64,000 nucleotides of DNA from positions 15,061 to 79,060 of IMG/VR virus record IMGVR_UViG_3300042540_000949. One strand, given 5' to 3'. This document shows positions 10,714 to 20,669 of the stretch, in pieces. The position numbers and the translations under genes were made by a program. The notes beneath the pieces are model-generated. The model saw only the letters and a program-made list of their open reading frames with translations. It had not been told where the DNA came from and ran no database searches. This DNA comes from a virus. Numbering within the stretch: the stretch's first letter is position 1; each line of letters begins with the position of its first letter.

Positions 10714-11317
10714 AACCTGAATTCGGGGTTGTTCCCCAGTATTGTTTTGCGTATATCTTGTCTGACCCAGCGTACTCAATACCACTATAATGTTTGGGTA
10801 TGAAATACCAACTTGGATAAACTGTTATAGGATATGTGTTTAAGTATACTGTATTAGTCAAAAGAAGTGGTCCTGTGACTGTCCAAGTTTCTAATGGATG
10901 ATAACTCATATTTTCATATGTCGATATTCGATTCATTATGAGTTTCATCAAACGACAGTCCTTAACTGATGCCAAATAACCATTTGACATCAATCCTTTT
11001 CGACACTCTTCATTTTCCCAACAACAAAAAGAATCATTATCAAGAAAAAAATCATCTAAAGGATTTACGCATTCTGCATCTGCATCAATAAAAAACCCTC
11101 CTTCATCGTGAAGAAGTTGATAACGCAAAATATCGGCTTTACCAGCCAAAGATGGACAAAGATCAAATTGCTTCTTGCATTTTATTTCGGGTAAGTTATC
11201 ATCAGTCCATAACTTATGTTGCCAAGAAGGATTTTTGTCTATCCAAGTTTCTATAAATTTTTGTGGTCGTTTTGATTGGTCGCCTAACCAAATTTGATGA
11301 ATAATTTTTGGGATCAT
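10703..11317 (-). CDS. GT32 (OCH1-like, DxD) glycosyltransferase
   Basis: MIPKIIHQIW, ADILRY, GGFFIDAD, TGP. Confidence 0.9.
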   Translation of the reverse strand: MIPKIIHQIWLGDQSKRPQKFIETWIDKNPSWQHKLWTDDNLPEIKCKKQFDLCPSLAGKADILRYQLLHDEGGFFIDADAECVNPLDDFFLDNDSFCCWENEECRKGLMSNGYLASVKDCRLMKLIMNRISTYENMSYHPLETWTVTGPLLLTNTVYLNTYPITVYPSWYFIPKHYSGIEYAGSDKIYAKQYWGTTPNSGYEY

Positions 11318-11330
11318 AAGTACTCACAAT

Positions 11331-11358
11331 AATATAAGACGTATTAAAGAAATGTCAA
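11331..11358 (-). promoter_or_regulatory. 16-bp-spacer promoter of the glycosylation island (TTGACA-16-TATATT)
   Basis: -35 11358-11353, -10 11336-11331; divergent from the uvsY promoter. Confidence 0.65.
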
Positions 11359-11368
11359 ATATATTTAT

Positions 11369-11396
11369 TTGACTTTATCTAAAGATACTCTATAGT
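11369..11396 (+). promoter_or_regulatory. 16-bp-spacer promoter of uvsY (TTGACT-16-TATAGT)
   Basis: -35 11369-11374, -10 11391-11396. Confidence 0.7.
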
Positions 11397-11431
11397 TCTC
11401 TTAAAAAGAACTTTAAAGAACAATACTAAAG

Positions 11432-11869
11432 ATGAATCTAGAAGAACTAAAGAACTCTATAACTAAAGACTCTCAAATAGACTCTACAGAACTAGGTATA
11501 GAGTCTCTTAAGATACCTCAAATACACTCCAAGTATCTTAATCAACTTACGGATCTTAAATTACTTTTGACGAAGTACCAACATGACTTTGCCATTTTGC
11601 GTTTGCGTAAATGGAAAATTTATACTGGTAAGGCTTCCGAAGAAGAACTTACAGATTGGAAAGAAGAACCATTTGAACTGGATATTCTGAAGACAGATGT
11701 TGATAAGTTTATGGATGCAGACCCAAAACTTATAGAGCTCAAGTCTAAAATTTCTGTTACGGAGATCAAAATTAAGATGGTTGAAGAATTTTTAAAAGCA
11801 CTCAACAACAGAAACTTTGCCATAAAGTCTGCCATTGAGTGGAACAAAATGATGAATGGTATAGTCTAA
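11432..11869 (+). CDS. uvsY: Recombination mediator UvsY
   Basis: DSQID..L..ESLKIPQIHSKYL, R.FAIKSAIEW; next to uvsW. Confidence 0.9.
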   Translation: MNLEELKNSITKDSQIDSTELGIESLKIPQIHSKYLNQLTDLKLLLTKYQHDFAILRLRKWKIYTGKASEEELTDWKEEPFELDILKTDVDKFMDADPKLIELKSKISVTEIKIKMVEEFLKALNNRNFAIKSAIEWNKMMNGIV

Positions 11870-11876
11870 ATATTAT

Positions 11877-13385
11877 GTGGATATTGAAGTTGATTCTATT
11901 GATGAAGTTCGGTATTATGTGAAGACCGACAAAGGCATAAAACAAGAGTTAAGGGACTATTTTTCATTCATGGTCCCAGGTGCTCAATATATGCCTTTAT
12001 ACAAAAAAAGAATCTGGGATGGTAAAATAAGATTGTTCGACATTCTTTCTTCCACTCTTCCCCGTGGATTGAAAACTTATCTAGAAAAGTTTTGTAAAGA
12101 ACGACAATACCAACTAAATATTAAAGAGACAAAAAATCCTCTATGCATCACGGAGGACAAACTTTTACAGTTCTACGATACATTGCAGGTTTCGGTAAAG
12201 AAACAAGCAGTGAAAATGCACCCACACCAACAGCAGGCCATACTGCATGCTTTGAATCAACACAGATGCGTGTTGATTTCGCCTACTGGTTCGGGCAAAA
12301 GTTTGATCATATACGTCTTGGTCCGGTTTCTTCAATCCGTATTAAAGTCAGATCGGAAAATACTTATTTTAGTTCCCACGGTTGGTCTGGTCAATCAGAT
12401 GGAATCCGACTTCTTTGACTATTCAAAGAACGACAAGTCTTGGTCCTGCAAGAAGTACATTCAAAAAATCATGGCTGGGGCAGAAAAGGAACTCAACAGA
12501 CAGGTTGTGGTTTCTACATGGCAGTCGATATACAAACTCCCAAAGACTTGGTTTGACCAGTTCGATGCTGTCTTCTTCGATGAGTGTCATCAAGCCAAAG
12601 CCGAATCAATCAACTTCATTGGTCAAAAACTCTCAAAGGCTTGGTTTCGAATTGGTACTACAGGTACGCTAGATCAGGCACAGGCTCATCGACTTAGCAT
12701 CGAAGGCATTCTTGGTCCTGCGATTCAGTTCATTCAAACCAAGGGATTGATGAACAAGGGTTTGCTTGCAAAACTCGGGATAGATTGCATAATTCTTAAA
12801 TATAATGATGAGGAGAAGCAATTCATCAAGAAACAAAAATACATTGATGAATTGAAATGGATCGTAACGAATGAAAAGCGAAACGAATTCATCAAAGAAC
12901 TCGCCCTCCGCACCAAGGGGAATACCCTTGTCCTCTTTAATTACGTCGAAGACCACGGTAAACCACTCGCAGCTCTCTTGGAAGCAGCGGGAACGGATCG
13001 CAAAATATATCTCATACACGGAAAAACAGAAGCAGATTCAAGAGAATACATCCGTAAAGTCATCGACAAAGAATCAAACGCCATTCTGGTGGCCAGTTTT
13101 GGTACGACTAGCACTGGCATCAACATTGTCAATCTTGACAATATTATTTTTGCTTCACCTACTAAATCGATTATAAGATTGCTTCAAAGCATTGGCCGTG
13201 GTCTTAGAGTGTCAGAGAAGAAGAAAACACTCAAAGTATATGACATTGTTGACGATCTTTGCTGGAAGTCACACAAGAATCATATCTACAGACATTTCGA
13301 AGAGCGTGTGAAGATTTACAAAAAAGAAAAGTTTGATTACACCGTTCATTCGATGTCTTTTACAGACCTAAGAAAAAATAAATAA
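11877..13385 (+). CDS. uvsW: SF2 helicase UvsW
   Basis: WDGKIRLF, SPTGSGKS, DECH, QSIGRGLR; GTG start 4 nt after TAAATA. Confidence 0.95.
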   Translation: MDIEVDSIDEVRYYVKTDKGIKQELRDYFSFMVPGAQYMPLYKKRIWDGKIRLFDILSSTLPRGLKTYLEKFCKERQYQLNIKETKNPLCITEDKLLQFYDTLQVSVKKQAVKMHPHQQQAILHALNQHRCVLISPTGSGKSLIIYVLVRFLQSVLKSDRKILILVPTVGLVNQMESDFFDYSKNDKSWSCKKYIQKIMAGAEKELNRQVVVSTWQSIYKLPKTWFDQFDAVFFDECHQAKAESINFIGQKLSKAWFRIGTTGTLDQAQAHRLSIEGILGPAIQFIQTKGLMNKGLLAKLGIDCIILKYNDEEKQFIKKQKYIDELKWIVTNEKRNEFIKELALRTKGNTLVLFNYVEDHGKPLAALLEAAGTDRKIYLIHGKTEADSREYIRKVIDKESNAILVASFGTTSTGINIVNLDNIIFASPTKSIIRLLQSIGRGLRVSEKKKTLKVYDIVDDLCWKSHKNHIYRHFEERVKIYKKEKFDYTVHSMSFTDLRKNK

Positions 13386-13402
13386 GAGTAGGAGGACATC
13401 CT

Positions 13403-14062
13403 ATGTCCGATTCACTTCCTGAAAATCCTCTTTCAGGCACACTTAGAGTTGTTAGGTTGCTTACGGGAGAGGAATTAATTGGTCTGGTCAAGGATGTGTC
13501 CCAACACGAAATTAGTTTGAGAATGCCTGCCTTGATGGAAAACTATGCAACAAAGACTCCTGAAGGCGATATCATGGAATTCGTCAAACTTGTCAATTAT
13601 CTTTACAACATTAAAGGGTTTGAAATTTTGGTTCCTCGTAATTCAATTGTCTATATGGGAACACCAACAGATGAACTGACATCAATGTATGAGGCATACT
13701 TGATTTTGATTCAAGACAACCCAAAATCAGCCATTGCACCCAATAATGTTTATAGTACAGGAAACCAACAAGGTTTAGAACTTTTAAACGAGCTTTTCAA
13801 CAATGATGATTTTGTTGGTTTCATCAATGATTTGATGGAAAATTTTGAGGCTGCTGGAGTGGATCTTGGAGATGATGATGCAGAAGAGGAAGCTGACGTA
13901 GAATCGTTTATAAGCCCCGAGGAGGAAGAAACGCCCCCGAAGCCACCCAAGCGAAAGAAACGCCGTAAAACGAAACCAGAGACCAATAAACTGCCTTATA
14001 AACCGGAGAGCCCACCAGAGGATCCGGAAAGTTGGTCAGATAACCCTAATGACTATCTTTAA
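13403..14062 (+). CDS. Conserved T4-like hypothetical (Sm-like N-terminus, acidic tail)
   Basis: VRLLTGEELIG motif; GGAGG SD; TAAATA at 13379. Confidence 0.7.
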   Translation: MSDSLPENPLSGTLRVVRLLTGEELIGLVKDVSQHEISLRMPALMENYATKTPEGDIMEFVKLVNYLYNIKGFEILVPRNSIVYMGTPTDELTSMYEAYLILIQDNPKSAIAPNNVYSTGNQQGLELLNELFNNDDFVGFINDLMENFEAAGVDLGDDDAEEEADVESFISPEEEETPPKPPKRKKRRKTKPETNKLPYKPESPPEDPESWSDNPNDYL

Positions 14063-14598
14063 CGGTTTTGTTTCAAGTTTGATGGGACAGCATCTTCCCC
14101 ATCAACCCACATGTCATAATATGAATATTTGAAACTGCATGTGGCCTTTTGAATTACGGCATCACTACTATCGGCTTGAAATACCAAACCATTCAATTTT
14201 ACTGGTATGATGTAGTGAAAGGTTGTTTGCAAAATTGAGCAATTATTGGATGGATCAAAAAGATACAAGTTTGCTGAGTGATGCCAATCTTGATACATCA
14301 AATTGTGATCGATATCATTTTGAATATTTGTGATATTTCGAATCCAAGAATACAAATTTTTCCAGTTTGTCAGATCAGAATCTACGATGAATTCAACATT
14401 TAATAATTCAAAGTTTGCACTCATGGTGGGAACAGGGATGGTCACACCAAGAACTGTTGGCTGATTTTGATCGGGGACTGCAATACCTGGCAAATTTGCA
14501 CGCTGACACATGAGTTCCATTTGCTTGGTTCCACGACCAAAGATAAGACGAAAATAACTGTTGTAGAGTGGATTGATGTTTGATGAACAAATGCTCAT
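14059..14598 (-). CDS. Tail completion / tube terminator gp3
   Basis: CQRANLPGI, LNVEFIVDSDLTNWKNLYSWI, FKYSYY. Confidence 0.85.
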   Translation of the reverse strand: MSICSSNINPLYNSYFRLIFGRGTKQMELMCQRANLPGIAVPDQNQPTVLGVTIPVPTMSANFELLNVEFIVDSDLTNWKNLYSWIRNITNIQNDIDHNLMYQDWHHSANLYLFDPSNNCSILQTTFHYIIPVKLNGLVFQADSSDAVIQKATCSFKYSYYDMWVDGEDAVPSNLKQNR

Positions 14599-14619
14599 AG
14601 AAATATTTATGGTAAAACA

Positions 14620-14647
14620 AAAACCTCCCGATTTCTCGGGAGGTTTT
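14620..14647 (-). terminator. Intrinsic terminator after gp23
   Basis: AAAACCTCCCGA-TTTC-TCGGGAGGTTTT. Confidence 0.85.
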
Positions 14648-14670
14648 CGAAGGTTTGGTTAACTGAATAA

Positions 14671-16122
14671 TCAGTTGATGGCGTTGCCGTGTAGATTCTT
14701 GACTTGAGTAATACGGTAGTATTGGTTCAAGCCTCTGGTCAACTTCTCTCCATCAGGAATATTGCTGCTGTCAAGGACGTATGGGTTGGCTACAACACCA
14801 TAACGGGTCTTGAATGCAATACGTGGTTGGAAAGTGTTGGGATCTACTGCACGGACCATTTGTAGCGGTACGTATGGGCAGTAGAACAAACCAGCATCGT
14901 ATGGAGACTCACCCTTATAGCCAGTTACGAAGAAGTTCATTCCAACTGGGCTGTAGGGATCGATGTATACGCGGATCTTGCCAGAGAGGATACCAGCAAA
15001 GGTGTTTTGGGTATCATCAGCATTGATCTGAGGAGCGATTGCGGGGCTGAGGCTCATGAAGCCAGACATGGCTAGAGCAGCAGCGGTATCGCTGTCACAG
15101 ATGATGAAGTTACCCTTGCCACGGCGGGTTTCCTTGGCGATGGTGTTGCACTCACGTTCGATTTGGAAGCTGAGGCCACGGAAGCGTTCAGCGGACCAAC
15201 GACCGTCTGAGTCAACATCAAGATCATATACACCAGGAACTGCTAGGTCAATTTGTTGTGATCCATCTTTGGCTACATAGTAGATGCTGCGAACGACTTC
15301 GCGGTTGATCTCAGCGAGAATTTCGGTGCTGAGAAGATTAGCGAGTTCGGCTTCAGCGTCTAGACCGTGAACAGCCTTGAGGTCTTGTGCCAATTCGACG
15401 GTGTAGTTGCTGGCAAGAGCGCGGGTCTTGGCTTGTACGGCAACACGGTCGATTGAGAAGGCCATTTGGTTCCAGTTAGCATATGCATTGCTGCTGTCTG
15501 GTTGATAGAAACCACAAGCACCAACAACTTGATTGCTACCAATTGCTTCGCCTTTATTGGTCAAAATACCACGAAGGTTATTTAGAGTATTTAAACCACG
15601 GTATGCGGCTGAAAAACCAGTTGCACAGTTTCCATTAAAATTCCAACCAGCGGATAGACCGTCATAACCAGTGGGCAATGTCCAACCACAACCACCGAAT
15701 TGTGCGGCGGGCTCTTGGAACATAGCTTCAACCGATGAAGAGTATTGTGAAGCTTTATTTCCACCAAGTTGATATTGAGCGCGCATTGCAAAGATGAGGC
15801 CAGTTGGGGCGGTCATTGGCTGAACGCCGCAGATGTCATAGGCCATCAAGTTTGGCATAGCACGACGAACCAAGGAGATGAGCACGGGATCATAACCAGC
15901 AACGTTTGGTGTGTTGCTGTAATCCATGGGCATTCCGAGGTTGTTGGAGCTCATGGTCTCAGTGAGGTGCTGAGAACGAAGAGCCTGCTCTTGGTTTTCT
16001 AGAAGGACGGCAGTGACTTTCTTGCGATAGTCATCTTGAATCTTGGGGAGTGCATCGTGGCCGAGCACGGGATCCCATTTTTCTGTTAAAACGTCATATG
16101 GTGTATTTTCTGCGAATTGCAT
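14671..16122 (-). CDS. Major capsid protein gp23
   Basis: LLENQ, DPVLISLVRRAMPNL.AYDICGVQPM, ELAQDLKAVHGLDAE, FYCPYVPL, FKTRYG. Confidence 0.98.
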   Translation of the reverse strand: MQFAENTPYDVLTEKWDPVLGHDALPKIQDDYRKKVTAVLLENQEQALRSQHLTETMSSNNLGMPMDYSNTPNVAGYDPVLISLVRRAMPNLMAYDICGVQPMTAPTGLIFAMRAQYQLGGNKASQYSSSVEAMFQEPAAQFGGCGWTLPTGYDGLSAGWNFNGNCATGFSAAYRGLNTLNNLRGILTNKGEAIGSNQVVGACGFYQPDSSNAYANWNQMAFSIDRVAVQAKTRALASNYTVELAQDLKAVHGLDAEAELANLLSTEILAEINREVVRSIYYVAKDGSQQIDLAVPGVYDLDVDSDGRWSAERFRGLSFQIERECNTIAKETRRGKGNFIICDSDTAAALAMSGFMSLSPAIAPQINADDTQNTFAGILSGKIRVYIDPYSPVGMNFFVTGYKGESPYDAGLFYCPYVPLQMVRAVDPNTFQPRIAFKTRYGVVANPYVLDSSNIPDGEKLTRGLNQYYRITQVKNLHGNAIN

Positions 16123-16168
16123 TTTAGTGTTTTCTCCTGTGAGTGTAAATATTTAGTAATAGTGAAAT

Positions 16169-17221
16169 TTAGACCTTTTTATTGAGTCTACCCAACGCAC
16201 CGACGTAACCTTCTACGAGGGTAGTCGGGGCAGTTTTGACTGGTGCAAATGTTTGCTCTGGCTCAACGGAACGAGCAGGAGCGCGAGTTGCGGTGTTTAG
16301 ATAATTTTCCTTGATGGCTGTTAGTTTTTCACGGTATTCATCAACTGTACCGAAAGAAACATTTTCCATTAGGTTTTGAAGTTTGGCGATTTGAGTGTCT
16401 GCAAGGTCTCTTGTCTCAGCGACAAAGATTCCAGCACATTCAGTCAATTCGATTTGCTTCTTGAGTTCAATGCTGACATTTACGGACTCGTTGAGTTTAT
16501 TTTCCAACTCACGATTTTGAGCGTAAAGTTCATCAAGAACGTTGTACTTCTCGTTGGGAACGTCAATGTAGTGGTTCTCAAAGAGGTTCTTTAGACCACT
16601 GATGAAGTTCTCGGCAATTTGAGTCTTGATACCTTGTTCAACGGCCACAGCGTTCTCTGTCATCCATTCTTCGACTACGTAGTCAAGATAGTCATCTACC
16701 TTCTCTACGAGTGATTCGGTGACATTCTCAAGATATTGCTTGACGTTGCCGTCAACACCTTGAACGATGTGGGCAACGGTCTTTTCAACGCGGTCGGTGA
16801 CAGCGGCTTCAAAGATTGCCTCTAGTTTGCTGACGAGTTCTTCTGAAGCGACTTCTTCACCGAGCAATGAAGCGAGAGCAGCGCGGAATTGTGCGCGGGC
16901 TTCTGCGATCATTTCCTGATCTTCAACGCTTTCTTCGACTTCGGTGGGCTCTTCTTCTTCTGTTTCCTCTGTCTCCTCTTCCTCTCCGGAAGATTGAGCA
17001 GGAGCGGACATTGCTGGAGCAGCCTTACCCATCATGCCCATTGAGTTGGGGACGATTGGGGCTGGAACTCCGGGAACGGCAACAGCGCCCGTGGCAACTG
17101 GTGGGGCGGTCATTGAGCCCTTTCCGGTTGCATCGACGGAACCCTTGCCGGTTGCATCGTAATCGCCTAGACCCATGGCTTGCATGGCGGCTTCTGAGAT
17201 AGTTTGTTTCTTATTTTTCAT
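16169..17221 (-). CDS. Prohead core scaffold gp22
   Basis: IFEAAV, KVDDYLDYVVEEWM.EN, GLKNLFENHYIDVP; start moved to MKNKKQ behind TATAAATA and SD. Confidence 0.92.
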   Translation of the reverse strand: MKNKKQTISEAAMQAMGLGDYDATGKGSVDATGKGSMTAPPVATGAVAVPGVPAPIVPNSMGMMGKAAPAMSAPAQSSGEEEETEETEEEEPTEVEESVEDQEMIAEARAQFRAALASLLGEEVASEELVSKLEAIFEAAVTDRVEKTVAHIVQGVDGNVKQYLENVTESLVEKVDDYLDYVVEEWMTENAVAVEQGIKTQIAENFISGLKNLFENHYIDVPNEKYNVLDELYAQNRELENKLNESVNVSIELKKQIELTECAGIFVAETRDLADTQIAKLQNLMENVSFGTVDEYREKLTAIKENYLNTATRAPARSVEPEQTFAPVKTAPTTLVEGYVGALGRLNKKV

Positions 17222-17270
17222 ATTAAAAGGATCCTTAAGTGTAAAATTATTTATACTCCAAAAAAGTTCA

Positions 17271-17891
17271 TTATGGTGTTCTTCTTCTTGATGTTGATGG
17301 TACACCAGACCCACTTAGTAGAGAAGAAATCCAATTTTGCTGTGAATATTGAGTTTGTGGTGTGTAAAGTGTAACGGGTGGACTTCCTGCACCAGAAACA
17401 ACATTACCAGCATATTCTGGTCCAAATGCTTGTTTTTGTAAATCTAAGTACGATAAGCCAGTAAGATCACGCAAAGTAGGTAATAACGATGTACCTAAAA
17501 ATGCAAAAGGTTTGGCTGCAGAACCAATTTTTTTCATTGCAGAACCTGCTTTTGATGGATCAACAAAACGTTTCATAAGTCCTTGCCCCAAACTTACTGC
17601 AGCAGCTATATCTCCTAGCCCAAGATCCAAGGGATTGGGAGAATTGGTAATCCCAGTTCCTGCACCACCAAAAGCCACTTTATCCAAATCAATTTTTTCA
17701 CCCTTTTTTGCTTTTAAATCCAAAGGACTTTTTATAACTCCTGTGGTGCTGAGATCGGAGCGTGCTTCGGCAAAATAACGTTTTCTGTATTCCTTCAAAT
17801 GTACATAAACATTGTCATTTGGATTGCTTTCATTTTTGTGTTCAAGCAATGCACACAGATATGTTTTTGTGTTTGAAGGAATGTTATTCAT
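17271..17891 (-). CDS. Hypothetical protein between gp21 and gp22
   Basis: Open frame, ATGA-coupled to gp21. Confidence 0.6.
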   Translation of the reverse strand: MNNIPSNTKTYLCALLEHKNESNPNDNVYVHLKEYRKRYFAEARSDLSTTGVIKSPLDLKAKKGEKIDLDKVAFGGAGTGITNSPNPLDLGLGDIAAAVSLGQGLMKRFVDPSKAGSAMKKIGSAAKPFAFLGTSLLPTLRDLTGLSYLDLQKQAFGPEYAGNVVSGAGSPPVTLYTPQTQYSQQNWISSLLSGSGVPSTSRRRTP

Positions 17892-18535
17892 GACAATTTC
17901 TTAAAATAGTTATTGAAAACCTTTACAATGTTTTCTTGAAGATCTCTTTTGGGAGAATTTTTGATCAGTTTGACGGATTGTTCACGATCTCTTTCGGTCC
18001 ACATTCCGTTTTCAAAAATCCATTCCTTGCCTTCCATGATTCCATTGACAAAAGCATTTGGAGCAGAAGGATCTGCAACAATGTCAATTGCGGCAAGCAT
18101 GAAGTCTTCTTGAACTTCTTGGTAGCCGTTCTTGGGACGAAGCGAGCCCATTCCACGGGTGGAAACACCGAGTTGAGCACCTTCATCAATCAAGTTTTTG
18201 ACGATTCTTCCCATTGGAGTGTCAAGGACTTTTGCCTTTCCGTAGACATTCTTGCCGTCTTCGTGAAGGGTCTTGATCATGTGTGAAACCCTATCAAGAT
18301 TGACTGTTGGGCCTGTGGGGTGATTTAATTCTCCCATTGCACGGCCCTTTTCAACATACTCGGTAATATAACGACCACATTCCTTTTTGAGTATGCCGCT
18401 TGGATAGACTCTGCCGTTGCGATTCTTTACATCAGATTGCATGAAAACACCTTCGATGAAATATGTCTTTTCACCGTTTCCGATGTTCTCCTTGATGTAC
18501 TTGATATCTTCAGTTAGTTCCGTTATCAGTTTCAT
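17888..18535 (-). CDS. Prohead protease gp21
   Basis: MKLITE, NRNGRVYP, GELNHP, GVSTRGMGS, DIVADPSAPNAFV. Confidence 0.96.
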   Translation of the reverse strand: MKLITELTEDIKYIKENIGNGEKTYFIEGVFMQSDVKNRNGRVYPSGILKKECGRYITEYVEKGRAMGELNHPTGPTVNLDRVSHMIKTLHEDGKNVYGKAKVLDTPMGRIVKNLIDEGAQLGVSTRGMGSLRPKNGYQEVQEDFMLAAIDIVADPSAPNAFVNGIMEGKEWIFENGMWTERDREQSVKLIKNSPKRDLQENIVKVFNNYFKKLS

Positions 18536-18689
18536 TGTTTGTTCCTAGAATTTTTTTGGCAACGGTCTTGTATTGCTCTTCAAGTTTGCTTCCAATCTTG
18601 GAATAAAGAACTTTTGAGGTTGTTTCCTTGAAAGAAACCGCATTTTCTTGAATTGCATTTTTTAACATGTCTCTGATTTCGTTTTTCAT
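18510..18689 (-). CDS. Small prohead core protein (gp67/68-like), 59 aa
   Basis: Manual ORF MKNEIRDMLKNAIQENAVSFKETTSKVLYSKIGSKLEEQYKTVAKKIL...; ATGA-coupled; synteny. Confidence 0.6.
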   Translation of the reverse strand: MKNEIRDMLKNAIQENAVSFKETTSKVLYSKIGSKLEEQYKTVAKKILGTNNETDNGTN

Positions 18690-19096
18690 TGTAATTTCCT
18701 GGTTTCTTGTGCAAACTTAATGTGCTGTTTGAATGCTTTCGTATTGTTAAAAATTTCTTGAGTCATTTTTTTTCTGTTTTCCGAATTCAGAGACTCAAAC
18801 AAATTTTTAACCAATTCTTTTTCATTTTCAGTAATATTTATAACAGAATGATCCTTCAGTATTACTTTTCCGCCTTCAAAATTTTCCATAAAATGAATAA
18901 ATTTTTGTAGTTCGGGTGTTTCTTCGGTTGTCTCTTCGTTTTCAAAAAGACGGTTGGAAACTTCTTCTCGGACTGAAAAAATGGATTCATTGAGTTTGAC
19001 AGCCAATGCTTGTTCAATGTTTTGCTTGAAGTATGCTTCATTTTCAGAAAGCATTTCTTTGATTCCATTTTTTAAAAGTGTTTTTGAGATATCCAT
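18686..19096 (-). CDS. Prohead core protein (gp67/68-like)
   Basis: Between portal and protease; LFESLNSENRKKM. Confidence 0.6.
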   Translation of the reverse strand: MDISKTLLKNGIKEMLSENEAYFKQNIEQALAVKLNESIFSVREEVSNRLFENEETTEETPELQKFIHFMENFEGGKVILKDHSVINITENEKELVKNLFESLNSENRKKMTQEIFNNTKAFKQHIKFAQETRKLQ

Positions 19097-19097
19097 T

Positions 19098-20663
19098 TTA
19101 ACCCTCTGGTTGCTGTTGTTGTGCTTCTTGAGCCTGTTGTTGAGCCATCATTGCCAACTGCTCTTGTTGCATTCTTTGTCTATCAACTTCCATTTGTTTG
19201 TCCATTACACGCATGTCTTCCTCGCTTTGACGAAGAATGTTTTTTCTGACATAATCGGAAGAGAAGTATTTGCCGATGTAGGGATCAACAAATTGAACCA
19301 TCTTAAGACGCTCTGCAAGAATTTCTGCTTCCTTGAGATCCCAGAAGTAATTGTCGGTATTGAAGACATAATTGATGTCTCCCTTCAATTCTCTCCAGTC
19401 ATCATCAGTCATGACACCCTTGAGAAGAAGCTGAACTCTCAACATGTCAGCAAATAATTTGGTGAAATGATGACGAATTCTGTCAATGAACTTGTAAAAC
19501 TTTACCTCTTCTCTCGTTATTTCAACGGATCGACCCATGTTGAAACCCGTGGACTCAGATGTCAATCTGCTGACTGGAACATTCAATGCCATGTACAATT
19601 TCTTCTTGAAGTAGTCAACGTCTTCGATCTGGGACATGGCCTGACCACCGGGAAGAGTGGAAATCTCGGTTCCTCTTGAACCTTCACGACGAGGAAGCCA
19701 GTAATCCTCAAGCACGGACAGATGGTTTCTTTCATCACGAACTTCTCCGGTTGCTTGATTGTAGATGACACGATTGCGGAAGCGGCTCATCATGTCCCGC
19801 ATATACTGCTCGGCCTTTTGCTTTGGCAACTGTCCTACGTCAACGTAGAACACTCTGCGTTCAGGTGCGCGAGCGATGCGGTAAACTAGAAGAGCATCTT
19901 CTAGTTGTCTCAACATGTTCAACGGACGAATGGCTTTGTGAAGATAGCCAAGAACACGCTTAGTATTGAGATCTACGATTCCTGAAGGAACATAGACAAT
20001 GCTGTCCAACGACAGCTGAAGACCACCTGGACCAGTCAACATGTAGGATTCTTTGTCCGTATTTGTATAAAGGTAATACTCCTCAATGTCCGTGATCAAG
20101 GAAACGGATTGACCCTCCAAACGTTCCATTTCCTTTTTTACTTTGCGAATCTTCTTGATTTTCAAAGGATCGACAGGAAGTATTTCCTTAATTCCGTCAG
20201 TTGGTTTTTCCTTGTCGATTACAATATTATAATACACTTTTGAATCGATGTACCATCTTCGAAATATTTCGTATGACTTGTTGTTAAAATCAAGAAGATG
20301 AAGAATTCTTTCAAACTCTCTGTAAATTTTGTTCTTGATCACATCAGAAACCGGAAGATTGCCCAAATCCAATTTTACGGGTTTGCGGTCACTTCCCAAG
20401 ACAATTGATGCATTTACGATTTCATCAACCGCATTGTCAACTTCCGGGTAAATGGACATGTTTCTATATTGAACTACCGAAGCACTTTCATCACGCATGC
20501 TCGCAGCGTAATCAAGCGCAGTTCCAAAGAATCCACCAGCCTCTACTGTTACTGTACCATCATAAATTTCAGGAGCAGTAAAAGATTGTAATGATCTTTC
20601 CTGTTTCTCCTGTTTTGGAGTTCTTTTCTTTCCAAATTCAAATCCAAAAAGTTCTAATTCCAT
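19098..20663 (-). CDS. Portal protein gp20
   Basis: YRIARAPERRVFYVDVG, EDYWLPRREGSRGTEISTLPG, ITREEVKF. Confidence 0.97.
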   Translation of the reverse strand: MELELFGFEFGKKRTPKQEKQERSLQSFTAPEIYDGTVTVEAGGFFGTALDYAASMRDESASVVQYRNMSIYPEVDNAVDEIVNASIVLGSDRKPVKLDLGNLPVSDVIKNKIYREFERILHLLDFNNKSYEIFRRWYIDSKVYYNIVIDKEKPTDGIKEILPVDPLKIKKIRKVKKEMERLEGQSVSLITDIEEYYLYTNTDKESYMLTGPGGLQLSLDSIVYVPSGIVDLNTKRVLGYLHKAIRPLNMLRQLEDALLVYRIARAPERRVFYVDVGQLPKQKAEQYMRDMMSRFRNRVIYNQATGEVRDERNHLSVLEDYWLPRREGSRGTEISTLPGGQAMSQIEDVDYFKKKLYMALNVPVSRLTSESTGFNMGRSVEITREEVKFYKFIDRIRHHFTKLFADMLRVQLLLKGVMTDDDWRELKGDINYVFNTDNYFWDLKEAEILAERLKMVQFVDPYIGKYFSSDYVRKNILRQSEEDMRVMDKQMEVDRQRMQQEQLAMMAQQQAQEAQQQQPEG

Positions 20664-20669
20664 AATTTA

